This document shows, piece after piece, positions 20,625 through 30,982 of a DNA stretch of 64,000 bases. The DNA is taken from assembly GCF_035999185.1 (NCBI RefSeq), contig NZ_DASYHB010000121.1:10154-74153 (forward strand), in the 5' to 3' direction. Numbering within the stretch: position 1 is the first letter of the stretch; each line of letters starts with the position of its first letter. A program made the translations under genes and the position numbers. The notes beneath the pieces were generated by a model. The model did not search any database and was not told the origin of the DNA. It saw only the letters and a program-made list of their open reading frames with translations. The DNA comes from Ensifer sp. GTDB lineage: Bacteria; Pseudomonadota; Alphaproteobacteria; Rhizobiales; Rhizobiaceae.

Positions 20625-20906
20625 ATGAGTTTGACGATGAACGAAGAACGTCCTGACCTGTGCATGATGATCGGTCTGCACAAGCTGGCGGCGCAGAATG
20701 GCGATGGCCTGGTGCCCGAGCTCTATGAAATCCTGACGCGTCGCGCGCGCATGCTCGATGAGAACGACAACGTCGCCGAGTTCCCGGCCTGGCAGACCCG
20801 CCCGCCGGTGCGCGATCCGCTTGGACTTGCGGAGCCGAAGGAAGCAACTATTCTCGCCTTTCCGCGCGCGGCCAACGATGCCGCCCGTAAAAAAGAAAGT
20901 GCCTAG
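20625..20906 (+). CDS. Small hypothetical protein
   Basis: ORF with typical codon usage directly after the DUF2325-like gene; start 20625 or 20637. Confidence 0.6.
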   Translation: MSLTMNEERPDLCMMIGLHKLAAQNGDGLVPELYEILTRRARMLDENDNVAEFPAWQTRPPVRDPLGLAEPKEATILAFPRAANDAARKKESA

Positions 20907-21005
20907 ATCATTTCGCTGTTTCGTTGAAACAATGAGATCTAGAGTCTTGAAACCACGCAACTCCGGACGGAAAACCGTTTCACACTTTTCCTGGAATTGC
21001 TTTGA
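20904..21005. repeat. RIME-type composite palindromic repeat
   Basis: TAGATC...GATCTA palindromic unit followed by CGGACGGAAAACCGTTTCACACTTTTCCTGGAATTGCT, a rhizobial intergenic repeat motif. Confidence 0.7.
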
Positions 21006-21014
21006 GAGGTCCCG

Positions 21015-21329
21015 ATGTTTGTTGCCATGAACCGTTTCCGTATCGCCATCGGCCACGAAGAGGCTTTCGAAGCCGTGTGGAAAGGGCGCGACTCCAGTCT
21101 CTCGGAGATGCCGGGCTTCGTTTCCTTCCATCTGCTGCGCGGCGATAGCGTGCCGGAGGAAGGCTATACGCTCTTCGTCTCGAACTCGGTCTGGAAGGAC
21201 AAGGACGCGTTTTCGGCCTGGACGAAGTCGGAGAACTTCCGGGCGGCCCACAGGAGCGCGGGCGACAACAGGGCGATGTATCTCGGCCCGCCGAAGTTCG
21301 AGGGATTTTCCGCCGTCGAGGGTGCCTGA
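21015..21329 (+). CDS. Antibiotic biosynthesis monooxygenase family, IsdG/HmuQ-like heme oxygenase
   Basis: MFVAMNRF, W...F.AW..S..F..AH pattern; heme-locus context. Confidence 0.8.
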   Translation: MFVAMNRFRIAIGHEEAFEAVWKGRDSSLSEMPGFVSFHLLRGDSVPEEGYTLFVSNSVWKDKDAFSAWTKSENFRAAHRSAGDNRAMYLGPPKFEGFSAVEGA

Positions 21330-21363
21330 CCCGGCGGGGCAGCCCGCTTTGATTTCAATCCTG

Positions 21364-21396
21364 TTCGCCTCCCGGATGGCCCATTCGGGAGGCGAA
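21364..21396. terminator. Hairpin between convergent genes
   Basis: TTCGCCTCCCG / CGGGAGGCGAA 11-bp stem. Confidence 0.5.
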
Positions 21397-21407
21397 TGCG
21401 TTTCAGG

Positions 21408-21776
21408 CTAGGCGGTCTTTTTCGGCAGGAAGGCGCCGAGCGAGATGGCGATCCAGCCGACCATGATCGTCGTGCCGCCAAGCGGCGCCGACATCGGAAA
21501 GAGGCCGTGGCCGGCGACATGGCGCATGGCGAGATCGGCCGAAAACAACGCCGTTCCGAGCGCGATCAACAGAGCTGCTACAGGCGCTGTGCGAAAGTTC
21601 GGCCAGGCGGCATAAAGTGCAACGAGTGTCGGCGCATGCGCCAGACACATCGCGGAAATGCCGGCGAGCAGCCGCGGGTCGGCCCCATGGGAGGCGCCGG
21701 CGGCGCTGACGACGCCGGTCAATCCCATCAGGCCGGCAACAAAAAGCGTTGTCGCGCGAAAGCCGCTGTTCGGCAT
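21408..21776 (-). CDS. DUF423 family membrane protein
   Basis: AAGASHG, HAP, LFSADL, PLGG motifs with four TM segments. Confidence 0.8.
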   Translation of the reverse strand: MPNSGFRATTLFVAGLMGLTGVVSAAGASHGADPRLLAGISAMCLAHAPTLVALYAAWPNFRTAPVAALLIALGTALFSADLAMRHVAGHGLFPMSAPLGGTTIMVGWIAISLGAFLPKKTA

Positions 21777-21782
21777 GTCAGG

Positions 21783-22181
21783 TTATTCCTTGTTCTGCAT
21801 GTGGAAGGCGAGCCGGGTGATCGGCTCGAGGATGATTTCGCGCAGCTTCGGATGGGCGACGGTTTCTTCCAGCGCGCGGGTAAAACAAAGGAGCCATTCG
21901 TCCCGCTCCTGCGGGCCAATCTCGGCGACGAAATGGCGGCGGCGCAGCATCGGATGGCCGCGCTTCTCGACATAGATGGGCGGGCCGCCGAGCCAGCCGG
22001 TGAGATACTCGTAGAACTTTTCTTCACTGCCCGAGAGGTCGGGCGGATGCACGGCGCGACAGCGCGCCGCTTCAGGCAATGTATCCATCAGCTCATAGAA
22101 ACGGCGCGTGAGCCCTTGCACAGTCGGGTCGCCGCCGATTGCGTCGTAGAGGGTGGTGGTTTCCGTTTCGGCCATGCGCAT
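21783..22181 (-). CDS. Group II truncated hemoglobin
   Basis: LYDAIGG, FYELM, WLGGPPIY, HPMLRRRH, RDEWL motifs. Confidence 0.9.
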   Translation of the reverse strand: MRMAETETTTLYDAIGGDPTVQGLTRRFYELMDTLPEAARCRAVHPPDLSGSEEKFYEYLTGWLGGPPIYVEKRGHPMLRRRHFVAEIGPQERDEWLLCFTRALEETVAHPKLREIILEPITRLAFHMQNKE

Positions 22182-22279
22182 GTCCTTCGTTCCATCGGTC
22201 CTAACCTGCAGTGCCCGTCCGAACAATGGGTTTTGGGGGCGGCGCTTTGCGGCGTTTCACCGCGGCGCATATCGGAAGT

Positions 22280-22309
22280 CTTGACAAACCGTCCAGACGG
22301 TATCTTTAT
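22280..22309 (+). promoter_or_regulatory. sigma70 promoter overlapped by a palindromic TetR operator
   Basis: CTTGAC (22280-85), ACCGTC-CA-GACGGT (22288-22301), CTTTAT (22304-09). Confidence 0.7.
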
Positions 22310-22315
22310 GCGTTT

Positions 22316-22876
22316 ATGACCGAAGCTCATCGACGCAAGAAACAGCCGGAACAGGTGCGCCAGCAATTGCTGGATGTCGCAGCACGCCTGTCGCATCAGC
22401 AGGGGATATCCGGCGTCACGCTCGATGCCGTCTCGCAGGCGGCGGGCGTCAGCAAGGGCGGGCTCCTGCACCACTTTCCGAACAAGCTCGCTCTGCTCGA
22501 CGGGCTGTTCGACGATCTCGTGACGCGGTTCGACCGGGAGATCGAGGCGGCGATGGCGCGTGACCCGGTGGAGATGGGGCGATTTACCCGCGCCTATATC
22601 GACGTCTGCTTTGCGCTGGATCCTGCGACCGATGTACCGGGCTGGCGCATGCTGACGATCGCGCTCATCGCCGAGCCGCACCTGAAGGGCCGCTGGCGCG
22701 ATTGGGTCAGCCAGCGGTCGGCGGAATTTGCCGAGACGGATGGCGCGCCTGGCTGTGTGCTCGCGCGCTTTGCCTGCGACGGCGTGTGGCTGGCCGATCT
22801 GATGCAAAGCCACGATCTCGACGCTGCGGCGCGAGCCGGTCTTGTTGAAAATCTCAAGGCGCTGTCAGCGCAATAG
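22316..22876 (+). CDS. TetR-family transcriptional regulator
   Basis: HTH TLDAVSQAAGVSKGGLLHHF; TetR C-terminal domain. Confidence 0.9.
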   Translation: MTEAHRRKKQPEQVRQQLLDVAARLSHQQGISGVTLDAVSQAAGVSKGGLLHHFPNKLALLDGLFDDLVTRFDREIEAAMARDPVEMGRFTRAYIDVCFALDPATDVPGWRMLTIALIAEPHLKGRWRDWVSQRSAEFAETDGAPGCVLARFACDGVWLADLMQSHDLDAAARAGLVENLKALSAQ

Positions 22877-22894
22877 TCCGGAATGGAGACCACC

Positions 22895-23236
22895 ATGAAC
22901 CCCGCCATGCTCTACAGCGTTCTGGTCGCGGCGATCGTTTTCGAAGTGCTCGGCACCTCGGCGATGCAGGCGGCGCAGCATTTTTCGCGGCTGGGGCCGA
23001 CAGTCCTGATGATGGTCTGCTACGCGATCGCCTTCTTCTTCCTGTCCTACACGCTGCGCTTCATCCCGGTCGGGATTGCCTATGCGGTGTGGAGCGGCCT
23101 CGGCATCGTGCTGATTTCGCTCGTCGGCTATTTTGCCTTCGGCCAAAAACTCGATCTGGCGGCGATCCTGGGGCTGGGCCTGATCATCGCCGGCGTGGTT
23201 GTGCTTAACCTTTTTTCAAAATCGACGTTCCACTGA
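22895..23236 (+). CDS. SMR (EmrE/QacE) multidrug efflux protein
   Basis: Conserved TM1 Glu (FEVLGT), IPVGIAYAVWSGLG, four TMs. Confidence 0.9.
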   Translation: MNPAMLYSVLVAAIVFEVLGTSAMQAAQHFSRLGPTVLMMVCYAIAFFFLSYTLRFIPVGIAYAVWSGLGIVLISLVGYFAFGQKLDLAAILGLGLIIAGVVVLNLFSKSTFH

Positions 23237-23254
23237 CGCGATCGCCTGGCGGTT

Positions 23255-24283
23255 TCAAGCGTTTTTCGCCGCCGCCGGCGCTGCTGTCGATTCACGCAGG
23301 ATCAGCTCCACAGGCCACAGTTCCTGAACCTCGGCGACCGGTCGTCCCGCCAGCAGCTGCAGCACGAGATCGGCCGAGCGTACGCCGGCGGCGCGCATCG
23401 AGGAGCGTGTCGCCGAGAGCGACGGCACCATGTTTCCCGCCGTCAGGTAAGGGAACACGTCGTCATGGGCGATCACCGAGACTTCGCGGCCGATCTCAAG
23501 CCCCATCGACCGCGCCGCCCTGTAGATGCCCAGCGCCGTCATCATCGAGCCGGCGACAAAGGCGGTCGGGCGCGGCGTCTGTTCGAGGAAGGAGCGGGAG
23601 AAGCGAAAGCCAAGCTCGTCGGTGAAATTACCGTGGGCGACGAGACGCGGATCGAAGGGGATGCCGCGGGCTTCGAGGGCATCGCGATACCCCTTGTCAC
23701 GATGGAGCGAGAAGGTGCGCCCCTGGCGCCCGTTGATCATGGCGATCCGGCGATGGCCGAGGTCGATGAGATGCGAGGTCGCCCGGCGAATCGCGCCTTC
23801 GTTGTCGATGTCTAGCCAGGCATGCGGAACATCGACGTCGGATCGCCCGTGCACGAGAAAGGGCATGCCGAGCCTATGAAGTAGGGCAATGCGTTCGTCG
23901 TTCGGTTCCGGCGAATGCACGATAACCGCATCGACGCGGCCGCTGACGGCGAGCCGGCTGTAGAGCTGGAGTTCGCTCGTCGGGTTCTTGTCATCCATGG
24001 GGCTGACGAGAATGTCGATGTCCTCGGCGCCGAGCCGTTCGGCAAGGCCCCCCATGAATTCGGAGAAGTGAAACTCGCCTGATCGGCCCATCACGACGCC
24101 AATGGCGCCGGCGCGTCCGGTGACGAGGCGGACGGCATTGATGTTCGGGCGATAGCCGAGGCGTGCTGCCTCCTCTGTCACGCGTTGACGGGTCTTTTCG
24201 CTGACCTCGGGATAGCCGCTCAGCGCGCGGCTGACGGTTGTCGGCGAAAGGCCCAGTTGTTGTGCGAACTCCCTCAGCTTCAT
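23255..24283 (-). CDS. thuR: LacI-family regulator (ThuR/AglR-like)
   Basis: HTH LGLSPTTVSRAL, YRPN hinge, periplasmic-binding fold; divergent from thuE. Confidence 0.8.
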   Translation of the reverse strand: MKLREFAQQLGLSPTTVSRALSGYPEVSEKTRQRVTEEAARLGYRPNINAVRLVTGRAGAIGVVMGRSGEFHFSEFMGGLAERLGAEDIDILVSPMDDKNPTSELQLYSRLAVSGRVDAVIVHSPEPNDERIALLHRLGMPFLVHGRSDVDVPHAWLDIDNEGAIRRATSHLIDLGHRRIAMINGRQGRTFSLHRDKGYRDALEARGIPFDPRLVAHGNFTDELGFRFSRSFLEQTPRPTAFVAGSMMTALGIYRAARSMGLEIGREVSVIAHDDVFPYLTAGNMVPSLSATRSSMRAAGVRSADLVLQLLAGRPVAEVQELWPVELILRESTAAPAAAKNA

Positions 24284-24390
24284 TCGGTCTGTGTATCCTC
24301 ACCCTGGCCCGTCTCAGAAATATACAGCTTCCATCCCGGTAACAATCGGTTTGTCGCCGCGACCTGCCGCCTCACATCTCGGCGTAAAAG

Positions 24391-24404
24391 AGCCAAACCG
24401 TTTT
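24391..24404. promoter_or_regulatory. Candidate LacI-type operator, copy 1
   Basis: AGCCAAACCGTTTT, identical 14-mer also at 24576-24589; AANCGNTT core. Confidence 0.55.
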
Positions 24405-24575
24405 AAAATAACACATGGCCCCTTGGATTTTATGGGTCTATGATCCCGTGGCGCCACCCCTCGGTCTTCTCTGCAGTTAGTTGAAAAATTTACATTATTT
24501 TCAGTTTCACACACCCGTCGCACTTTTGAGGACGTGTGGATTGACAGTTTTTCCGTCTTCTGCCAACTTTTCTCC

Positions 24576-24589
24576 AGCCAAACCGTTTT
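24576..24589. promoter_or_regulatory. Candidate LacI-type operator, copy 2
   Basis: AGCCAAACCGTTTT downstream of TTGACA (24541) upstream of thuE. Confidence 0.55.
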
Positions 24590-24642
24590 CGATTTTGCGG
24601 AGGAGCAATCGGGCGGTCGAGGGGAGCAGGAGGAGTCAAACC

Positions 24643-25905
24643 ATGAAAATCACGCTGAATGTCCTGAGCTTTTGCGCGGCAGTCGTCGCCGCCGATGCTG
24701 CCGCCGCCGCCGAGCTTTCGCTCGCTGCCAACACGACCGGCAAGAACGTCAATTTCATTCGCGAGCAGCTCGACATCTTCGAGAAAGAGACCGGCCACAA
24801 GGTGAGCCTGGTCACCATGCCGCCGTCGAGCAGCGAACAGTTCAGCCAGTACCGGCTGTGGCTTGCTGCCGGAAACAAGGATGTCGACGTCTACCAGACC
24901 GACGTTGTCTGGGCGCCGCAGCTGGCCGACCAGTTCGTCGACCTGACCGAGGCGGCGAAAGACGTCGTCGGGCAGCATTTCCCGTCGATCATCGCCTCGC
25001 AGACAGTCAACGGGCGTCTCGTGGCGCTGCCGGCCTTCACCGACGCGCCGGCGCTCTACTACCGCAAGGACTTGCTTGAAAAGTACGGCAAGGCACCGCC
25101 GAAGACCTGGGACGAACTGGCTGTGATCGCCAAGGAAATCCAGGAGAAGGAGCGCGCGGCCGGAAAGCCCGATCTCTGGGGCTACGTCTTCCAGGGCAAC
25201 GCTTACGAAGGGCTGACCTGCAACGCGCTCGAGTGGATCAAGTCGTCAGGCGGCGGCCAGATCGTCGAGCCTGATGGCACCGTCTCGGTCAACAACGAGA
25301 AGGCAGCCGCCGCGATTGACCGGATCAAGGGCTGGATCGGCACGATCTCGCCGCAGGGTGTGCTTGCCTACCAGGAAGAAGAGTCGCGCGGCGTCTGGCA
25401 GACCGGCAATTCCGTCTTCATGCGCAACTGGCCCTATGCCTATGCGCTCGGCAATGGCGACGACAGCGCGGTCAAGGGCAAGTTCGCCGTCGCACCGCTG
25501 CCGACCGCGACCGATGGCGACCAGCCGTCCTCGACGCTCGGCGGCTGGAATGTCGCCGTCTCCAAGTACTCCGAAGACCAGGAAGCGGCGATCGCGCTCG
25601 TCAAGTTCCTGTCCTCGGCCGAGGTCCAGAAACGCCGGGCGATCGAACTCTCCAACCTGCCGACGGTAGCCGCTCTTTACGACGATCCGGAGGTGGCGAA
25701 GGCCCAGCCGTTCATGCCGGCCTGGAAGCCGATTTTCGAGAGCGCCGTGCCGCGCCCGTCGGCCGTCACCAAGGTCAAGTACAACGAGGTTTCGGCCAAG
25801 TTCTGGGGTGCCGTTCACAATTCGCTCTCCGGCAACGGCACGGCTGCGGAAAACCTCGAACTGCTCGAAATCGAACTCACCGAGATGAAGGGCGATAGCT
25901 GGTGA
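24643..25905 (+). CDS. thuE: Trehalose/maltose ABC transporter substrate-binding protein
   Basis: Signal peptide, YEGLTCNALEW, FMRNWPYAY; AGGAGG RBS. Confidence 0.88.
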   Translation: MKITLNVLSFCAAVVAADAAAAAELSLAANTTGKNVNFIREQLDIFEKETGHKVSLVTMPPSSSEQFSQYRLWLAAGNKDVDVYQTDVVWAPQLADQFVDLTEAAKDVVGQHFPSIIASQTVNGRLVALPAFTDAPALYYRKDLLEKYGKAPPKTWDELAVIAKEIQEKERAAGKPDLWGYVFQGNAYEGLTCNALEWIKSSGGGQIVEPDGTVSVNNEKAAAAIDRIKGWIGTISPQGVLAYQEEESRGVWQTGNSVFMRNWPYAYALGNGDDSAVKGKFAVAPLPTATDGDQPSSTLGGWNVAVSKYSEDQEAAIALVKFLSSAEVQKRRAIELSNLPTVAALYDDPEVAKAQPFMPAWKPIFESAVPRPSAVTKVKYNEVSAKFWGAVHNSLSGNGTAAENLELLEIELTEMKGDSW

Positions 25906-26011
25906 TCCTCCCGGGGGCGAGGGGAGTGCTTCTCAAGCCTCCCTTCGCTCCACCCGATCACCCCGCATTCCTCTCCGATCAACCGCTCGGCCGCGTGCCG
26001 ACTGGCAAAGG

Positions 26012-27007
26012 GTGAGTAAAGAGATGACCGACCTTTCCCTCACGGATCCGCCTTCCGCGCTCGGGCAGCAGACCCGGATCCGCTCCGACCTCAACGCCGA
26101 GCGCATCCGCTCCGCCTGGATCTTTCTCGCGCCGACGCTGCTGGTGCTGGCACTTGTCGCCGGCTGGCCGCTTGTGCGCACCGTCTATTTCAGCTTCACC
26201 AATGCGTCGCTGACCAATCTTGAAGGCGCCGAGTTCGTCGGCTTGAAGAACTACTTTACCTGGATCACGCTGAAGAGCGGGCGCACGGTCTACAACGGCC
26301 TTCTCGCCGATCCCGCCTGGTGGAACGCCGTCTGGAACACGCTGAAGTTTTCCGCCCTTTCCGTCACCATCGAGACGGTGCTCGGCCTGATCGTCGCCCT
26401 GGTGCTGAACGCCCATTTTCCGGGGCGCGGGCTGGTGCGCGCGGCAATCCTCATCCCCTGGGCGATCCCGACCATCGTTTCGGCGAAGATGTGGGCCTGG
26501 ATGCTCAACGACCAGTTCGGCATCTTGAACGACCTCCTGCTGGGCCTCGGGCTCATCAGTCAAAAGATCGCCTGGACCGCCAATCCGGAGACGGCGATGG
26601 TCGCGGTCCTGATCGTCGACGTCTGGAAGACGACGCCGTTCATGGCGCTCCTGATCCTTGCCGGACTGCAAATGGTGCCTTCGGATATTTACGAGGCGGC
26701 CAAGATCGACGGCGTGCATCCGATCAGGGTCTTCTGGCGGCTGACGCTGCCTCTGATCCGGCCGGCGCTGATGGTCGCGGTGATCTTCCGCATGCTCGAT
26801 GCACTGCGCATTTTCGATCTGATCTACGTGCTGACGCCCAACAACGCCCAGACCAAGACCATGTCGGTGCTGGCGCGCGAGAACCTCTTTGACTTCGACA
26901 AGTTCGCCTATGGCGCTGCCGCCTCGACGATGCTGTTCCTGATCATCGCCGCGATCACCGTTGCCTATATGTGGTTCGGCCGGGTCAATCTTGAGGGAGA
27001 GCGCTGA
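26012..27007 (+). CDS. thuF: Trehalose ABC transporter permease
   Basis: WKTTPFMALLILAGLQ, YEAAKIDG. Confidence 0.87.
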   Translation: MSKEMTDLSLTDPPSALGQQTRIRSDLNAERIRSAWIFLAPTLLVLALVAGWPLVRTVYFSFTNASLTNLEGAEFVGLKNYFTWITLKSGRTVYNGLLADPAWWNAVWNTLKFSALSVTIETVLGLIVALVLNAHFPGRGLVRAAILIPWAIPTIVSAKMWAWMLNDQFGILNDLLLGLGLISQKIAWTANPETAMVAVLIVDVWKTTPFMALLILAGLQMVPSDIYEAAKIDGVHPIRVFWRLTLPLIRPALMVAVIFRMLDALRIFDLIYVLTPNNAQTKTMSVLARENLFDFDKFAYGAAASTMLFLIIAAITVAYMWFGRVNLEGER

Positions 27008-27837
27008 TGGTTGCCACCTTCGCCAGGCGCACGGCGTTCTACGCCCTTGTCGTCGCTATCGTCATCATGGCCGTGTTCCCGTTCTACTATGCGGTGCTGA
27101 CGAGCTTCAAATCCGGAACGGCGCTGTTCCGGGTCGACTACTGGCCAACCGAAATCTCCTTCGACAACTACGCCGGCATCGTCACGAGCAGCGGTTTCCT
27201 GCGCAACCTTGCCAACTCGCTGATGGTTGCGACCATTGTCGTCGGCATCTCGCTGCTGCTTGCGGTCACCGCGGCTTACGCGCTGGCGCGGGTGCGCTTT
27301 CGTGGCCGCGCGCTGCTGCTTCTGACGATCCTGTCGGTGTCGATGTTCCCGCAGATCGCGGTGCTTGCGGGCCTGTTCGAACTGATCCGCGCGGTCGGCA
27401 TCTTCAACACGCCGCTCGCACTGATCTTTTCCTACATGATCTTCACGCTGCCGTTCACGGTCTGGGTGCTCACCACCTTCATGCGCGACCTGCCGGTTGA
27501 AATCGAGGAAGCGGCGATCGTCGATGGGGCGACGCCCTGGGTGATCATCACGCGGGTATTCATGCCCTTGATGTGGCCGGCATTGGTGACGACGGGGCTG
27601 CTTGCCTTCATCGCCGCCTGGAACGAGTTCCTGTTCGCGCTGACCTTCACGTCGTCCGACAGCCAGCGCACGGTGCCTGTCGCGATCGCGCTTCTCTCGG
27701 GCAACAGCGAATACGAAATCCCGTGGGGCAACATCATGGCCGCATCGATCATCGTCACGGTGCCGCTGGTGATCCTTGTGCTGATCTTTCAGCGGCGGAT
27801 CATCTCCGGGCTCACCGCCGGCGGCGTCAAAGGATAG
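27007..27837 (+). CDS. thuG: Trehalose ABC transporter permease
   Basis: SMFPQIA, IEEAAIVDGA, AWNEFLFA; TGATG overlap with thuF. Confidence 0.87.
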   Translation: MVATFARRTAFYALVVAIVIMAVFPFYYAVLTSFKSGTALFRVDYWPTEISFDNYAGIVTSSGFLRNLANSLMVATIVVGISLLLAVTAAYALARVRFRGRALLLLTILSVSMFPQIAVLAGLFELIRAVGIFNTPLALIFSYMIFTLPFTVWVLTTFMRDLPVEIEEAAIVDGATPWVIITRVFMPLMWPALVTTGLLAFIAAWNEFLFALTFTSSDSQRTVPVAIALLSGNSEYEIPWGNIMAASIIVTVPLVILVLIFQRRIISGLTAGGVKG

Positions 27838-27886
27838 AGCGGGATGAGGAAAAGCGTTCGCGGTTTTCCGCCCGCATCCCGCTCCA
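27835..27886. repeat. RIME-like palindromic repeat
   Basis: TAGAGCGGGATGAGGAAAAGCGTTCGCGGTTTTCCGCCCGCATCCCGCTCC; GAGCGGGATG/CATCCCGCTC arms. Confidence 0.75.
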
Positions 27887-27911
27887 ATCTCGTGGAATCG
27901 AGGAGAAAAAC

Positions 27912-28940
<1,029 letters not shown>

Positions 28941-29043
28941 CTGGCTATCCTGAAATCGAACGGTTTCTAACGTCGGGGCCGCCAATTCGTGGCGGCCCCC
29001 TCCATCGTAAGAGCACATGCCCGTGAGGGCGAACGCAAGGAGA

Positions 29044-29835
29044 ATGAACGTGCCTATCAGAACAGTTGTTTGGGGCGAGAATATCCACGAGCAGACCAAC
29101 GAGATCGTCCGCAGCATCTATCCGAACGGGATGCACAACACGATCGCGGCGGCGCTGAACACCGAAGGCGGCATCGAGGCGACGACCGCGACGCTGCAGG
29201 AGCCGGAACACGGGCTCAGCGTCGAGCGCCTCGCCAATACCGACGTGCTTTTGTGGTGGGGCCACAAGGACCACGGCGCCGTCAACGACGAAATCGTCGA
29301 GCGGGTTGCAAAGCGCGTCTGGGAAGGCATGGGCCTGATCGTGCTGCATTCCGGCCACTTCTCCAAGATCTTCAAGCGGCTGATGGGCACCCCTTGCGCG
29401 CTGAAGTGGCGCGAGGCCGGCGAGCGCGAACGCGTCTGGGCGATCAACCCGCGCCATCCTATCGCCGAGGGTATCGACGAGAACTTCGTGCTGGAAAACG
29501 AGGAGATGTACGGCGAGCAGTTCTCGGTACCCGAGCCGCTCGAAACCGTGTTCATTTCCTGGTTTGCCGGCGGCGAAGTATTCCGTTCGGGTCTTACCTG
29601 GCGCCGCGGTGCCGGTAACATCTTCTACTTCCGCCCGGGTCATGAAACCTACCCGACCTATCACGACGCCAATGTGCAGAAGGTCCTGCGCAACTCGGTG
29701 AAGTGGGCCTACAACGCCGACAACCGCTACACGGCGATCCACGATGCGCCGAACGTGCCGGTCGAAAAGGCGCTGGAGCCGATCGTCGAGCGTGGGCCTC
29801 GGCTGCATCAGGCCGGCGAAGCAGGATACAGGTGA
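29044..29835 (+). CDS. thuA: Trehalose utilization protein ThuA
   Basis: [33 protein letters not shown]. Confidence 0.92.
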   Translation: MNVPIRTVVWGENIHEQTNEIVRSIYPNGMHNTIAAALNTEGGIEATTATLQEPEHGLSVERLANTDVLLWWGHKDHGAVNDEIVERVAKRVWEGMGLIVLHSGHFSKIFKRLMGTPCALKWREAGERERVWAINPRHPIAEGIDENFVLENEEMYGEQFSVPEPLETVFISWFAGGEVFRSGLTWRRGAGNIFYFRPGHETYPTYHDANVQKVLRNSVKWAYNADNRYTAIHDAPNVPVEKALEPIVERGPRLHQAGEAGYR

Positions 29836-29840
29836 GAACC

Positions 29841-30884
29841 ATGCGTCTTCTTGTAGTTGGAACCGGCGGCATGGCGAACAGCCATGCCCAGGCCTTTGCC
29901 AAGATCGAAGGCGTCGAGATGGTTGGCGCCGTCGATGTGGACCCGAAGCGCGCCGAGGCCTTTGCCGACAAGCATGGCATCGCCAACAGCTTCACCTCGC
30001 TCGACGAGGCGATCGCCTGGGGCAAGTTCGATGCCGCGACGAACGTGACGCCCGACAAGGCGCACCACCCGACGACGCTCGCTCTCATCGCCGCCGGCAA
30101 GCACGTGCTTTGCGAAAAGCCGCTCGCCGAAAACTACGCCAAGGCGGCGGAGATGGCGGAGGCCGCTGAGCGCTCCGGCCTGGTGACGATGGTGAACCTC
30201 ACCTACCGCAATGTTGCGCCATTGCAGAAGGCACGGGCAATGGTGCTTGCCGGCGAGGTCGGCAAGCTGCGCCACCTCGAGGCGTCGTACCTGCAGAGCT
30301 GGCTCGTCTCCAAGGCCTGGGGCGATTGGGCGACGGAATCGCAATGGCTCTGGCGGCTTTCGACCAAGCACGGCTCGAACGGCGTGCTCGGCGACGTCGG
30401 CATCCACATCCTCGACTTTGCCGGCTATGGTGCGGGCACCGATGCGTCGCGCGTTTTCGCGCGGCTGAAGACCTTCGACAAGGCGCCAGGCAACCGCATC
30501 GGCGAGTATGACCTCGACGCCAATGACAGCTTCGTCATGACCGCCGAGTTCGGCAACGGTGCCATGGGCGTCGTCCATGCCAGCCGCTGGGCGACCGGGC
30601 ATCTGAACGAGCTCCGGCTCCGACTGCACGGCGATAAGGGCGCGCTCGAAGTGGTGCACACGCCCGACGGCTCGACGCTCAGGGCTTGCCTCGGCGCCGA
30701 CGTTGAAAAGGCGATCTGGCGCGATGTCGATGCGGGCACGGTCCCGACGAACTACGAGCGGTTCGTGGCTGCGGTCCGCAAGAGCAAGACCGAAGAGCCC
30801 GGGTTCCGCCATGCGGCAAACCTGCAGAAGGTGCTCGACCTCGCGATGGTGACCGAAGCCGAGCGGCGCGAGCTGCCCGTCTAA
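29841..30884 (+). CDS. thuB: Gfo/Idh/MocA oxidoreductase ThuB
   Basis: VGTGGMA, VLCEKP, DVGIH; follows thuA. Confidence 0.85.
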   Translation: MRLLVVGTGGMANSHAQAFAKIEGVEMVGAVDVDPKRAEAFADKHGIANSFTSLDEAIAWGKFDAATNVTPDKAHHPTTLALIAAGKHVLCEKPLAENYAKAAEMAEAAERSGLVTMVNLTYRNVAPLQKARAMVLAGEVGKLRHLEASYLQSWLVSKAWGDWATESQWLWRLSTKHGSNGVLGDVGIHILDFAGYGAGTDASRVFARLKTFDKAPGNRIGEYDLDANDSFVMTAEFGNGAMGVVHASRWATGHLNELRLRLHGDKGALEVVHTPDGSTLRACLGADVEKAIWRDVDAGTVPTNYERFVAAVRKSKTEEPGFRHAANLQKVLDLAMVTEAERRELPV

Positions 30885-30922
30885 AGCACCCTGTCTCAAG
30901 TGGGCTTACTTGCGGGCAGAAG

Positions 30923-30982
30923 GACGCTCTAGAACAAAATCCTAGAGCGTCTTTGTGCCTTGCATGAACGCACAGCGCGCTA
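30923..30982. repeat. RIME-like palindromic repeat
   Basis: GACGCTCTAG/CTAGAGCGTC inverted repeat (30923-30951) continuing into TAGAGCGTCTTTGTGC...GCACAGCGCGCTA. Confidence 0.65.
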
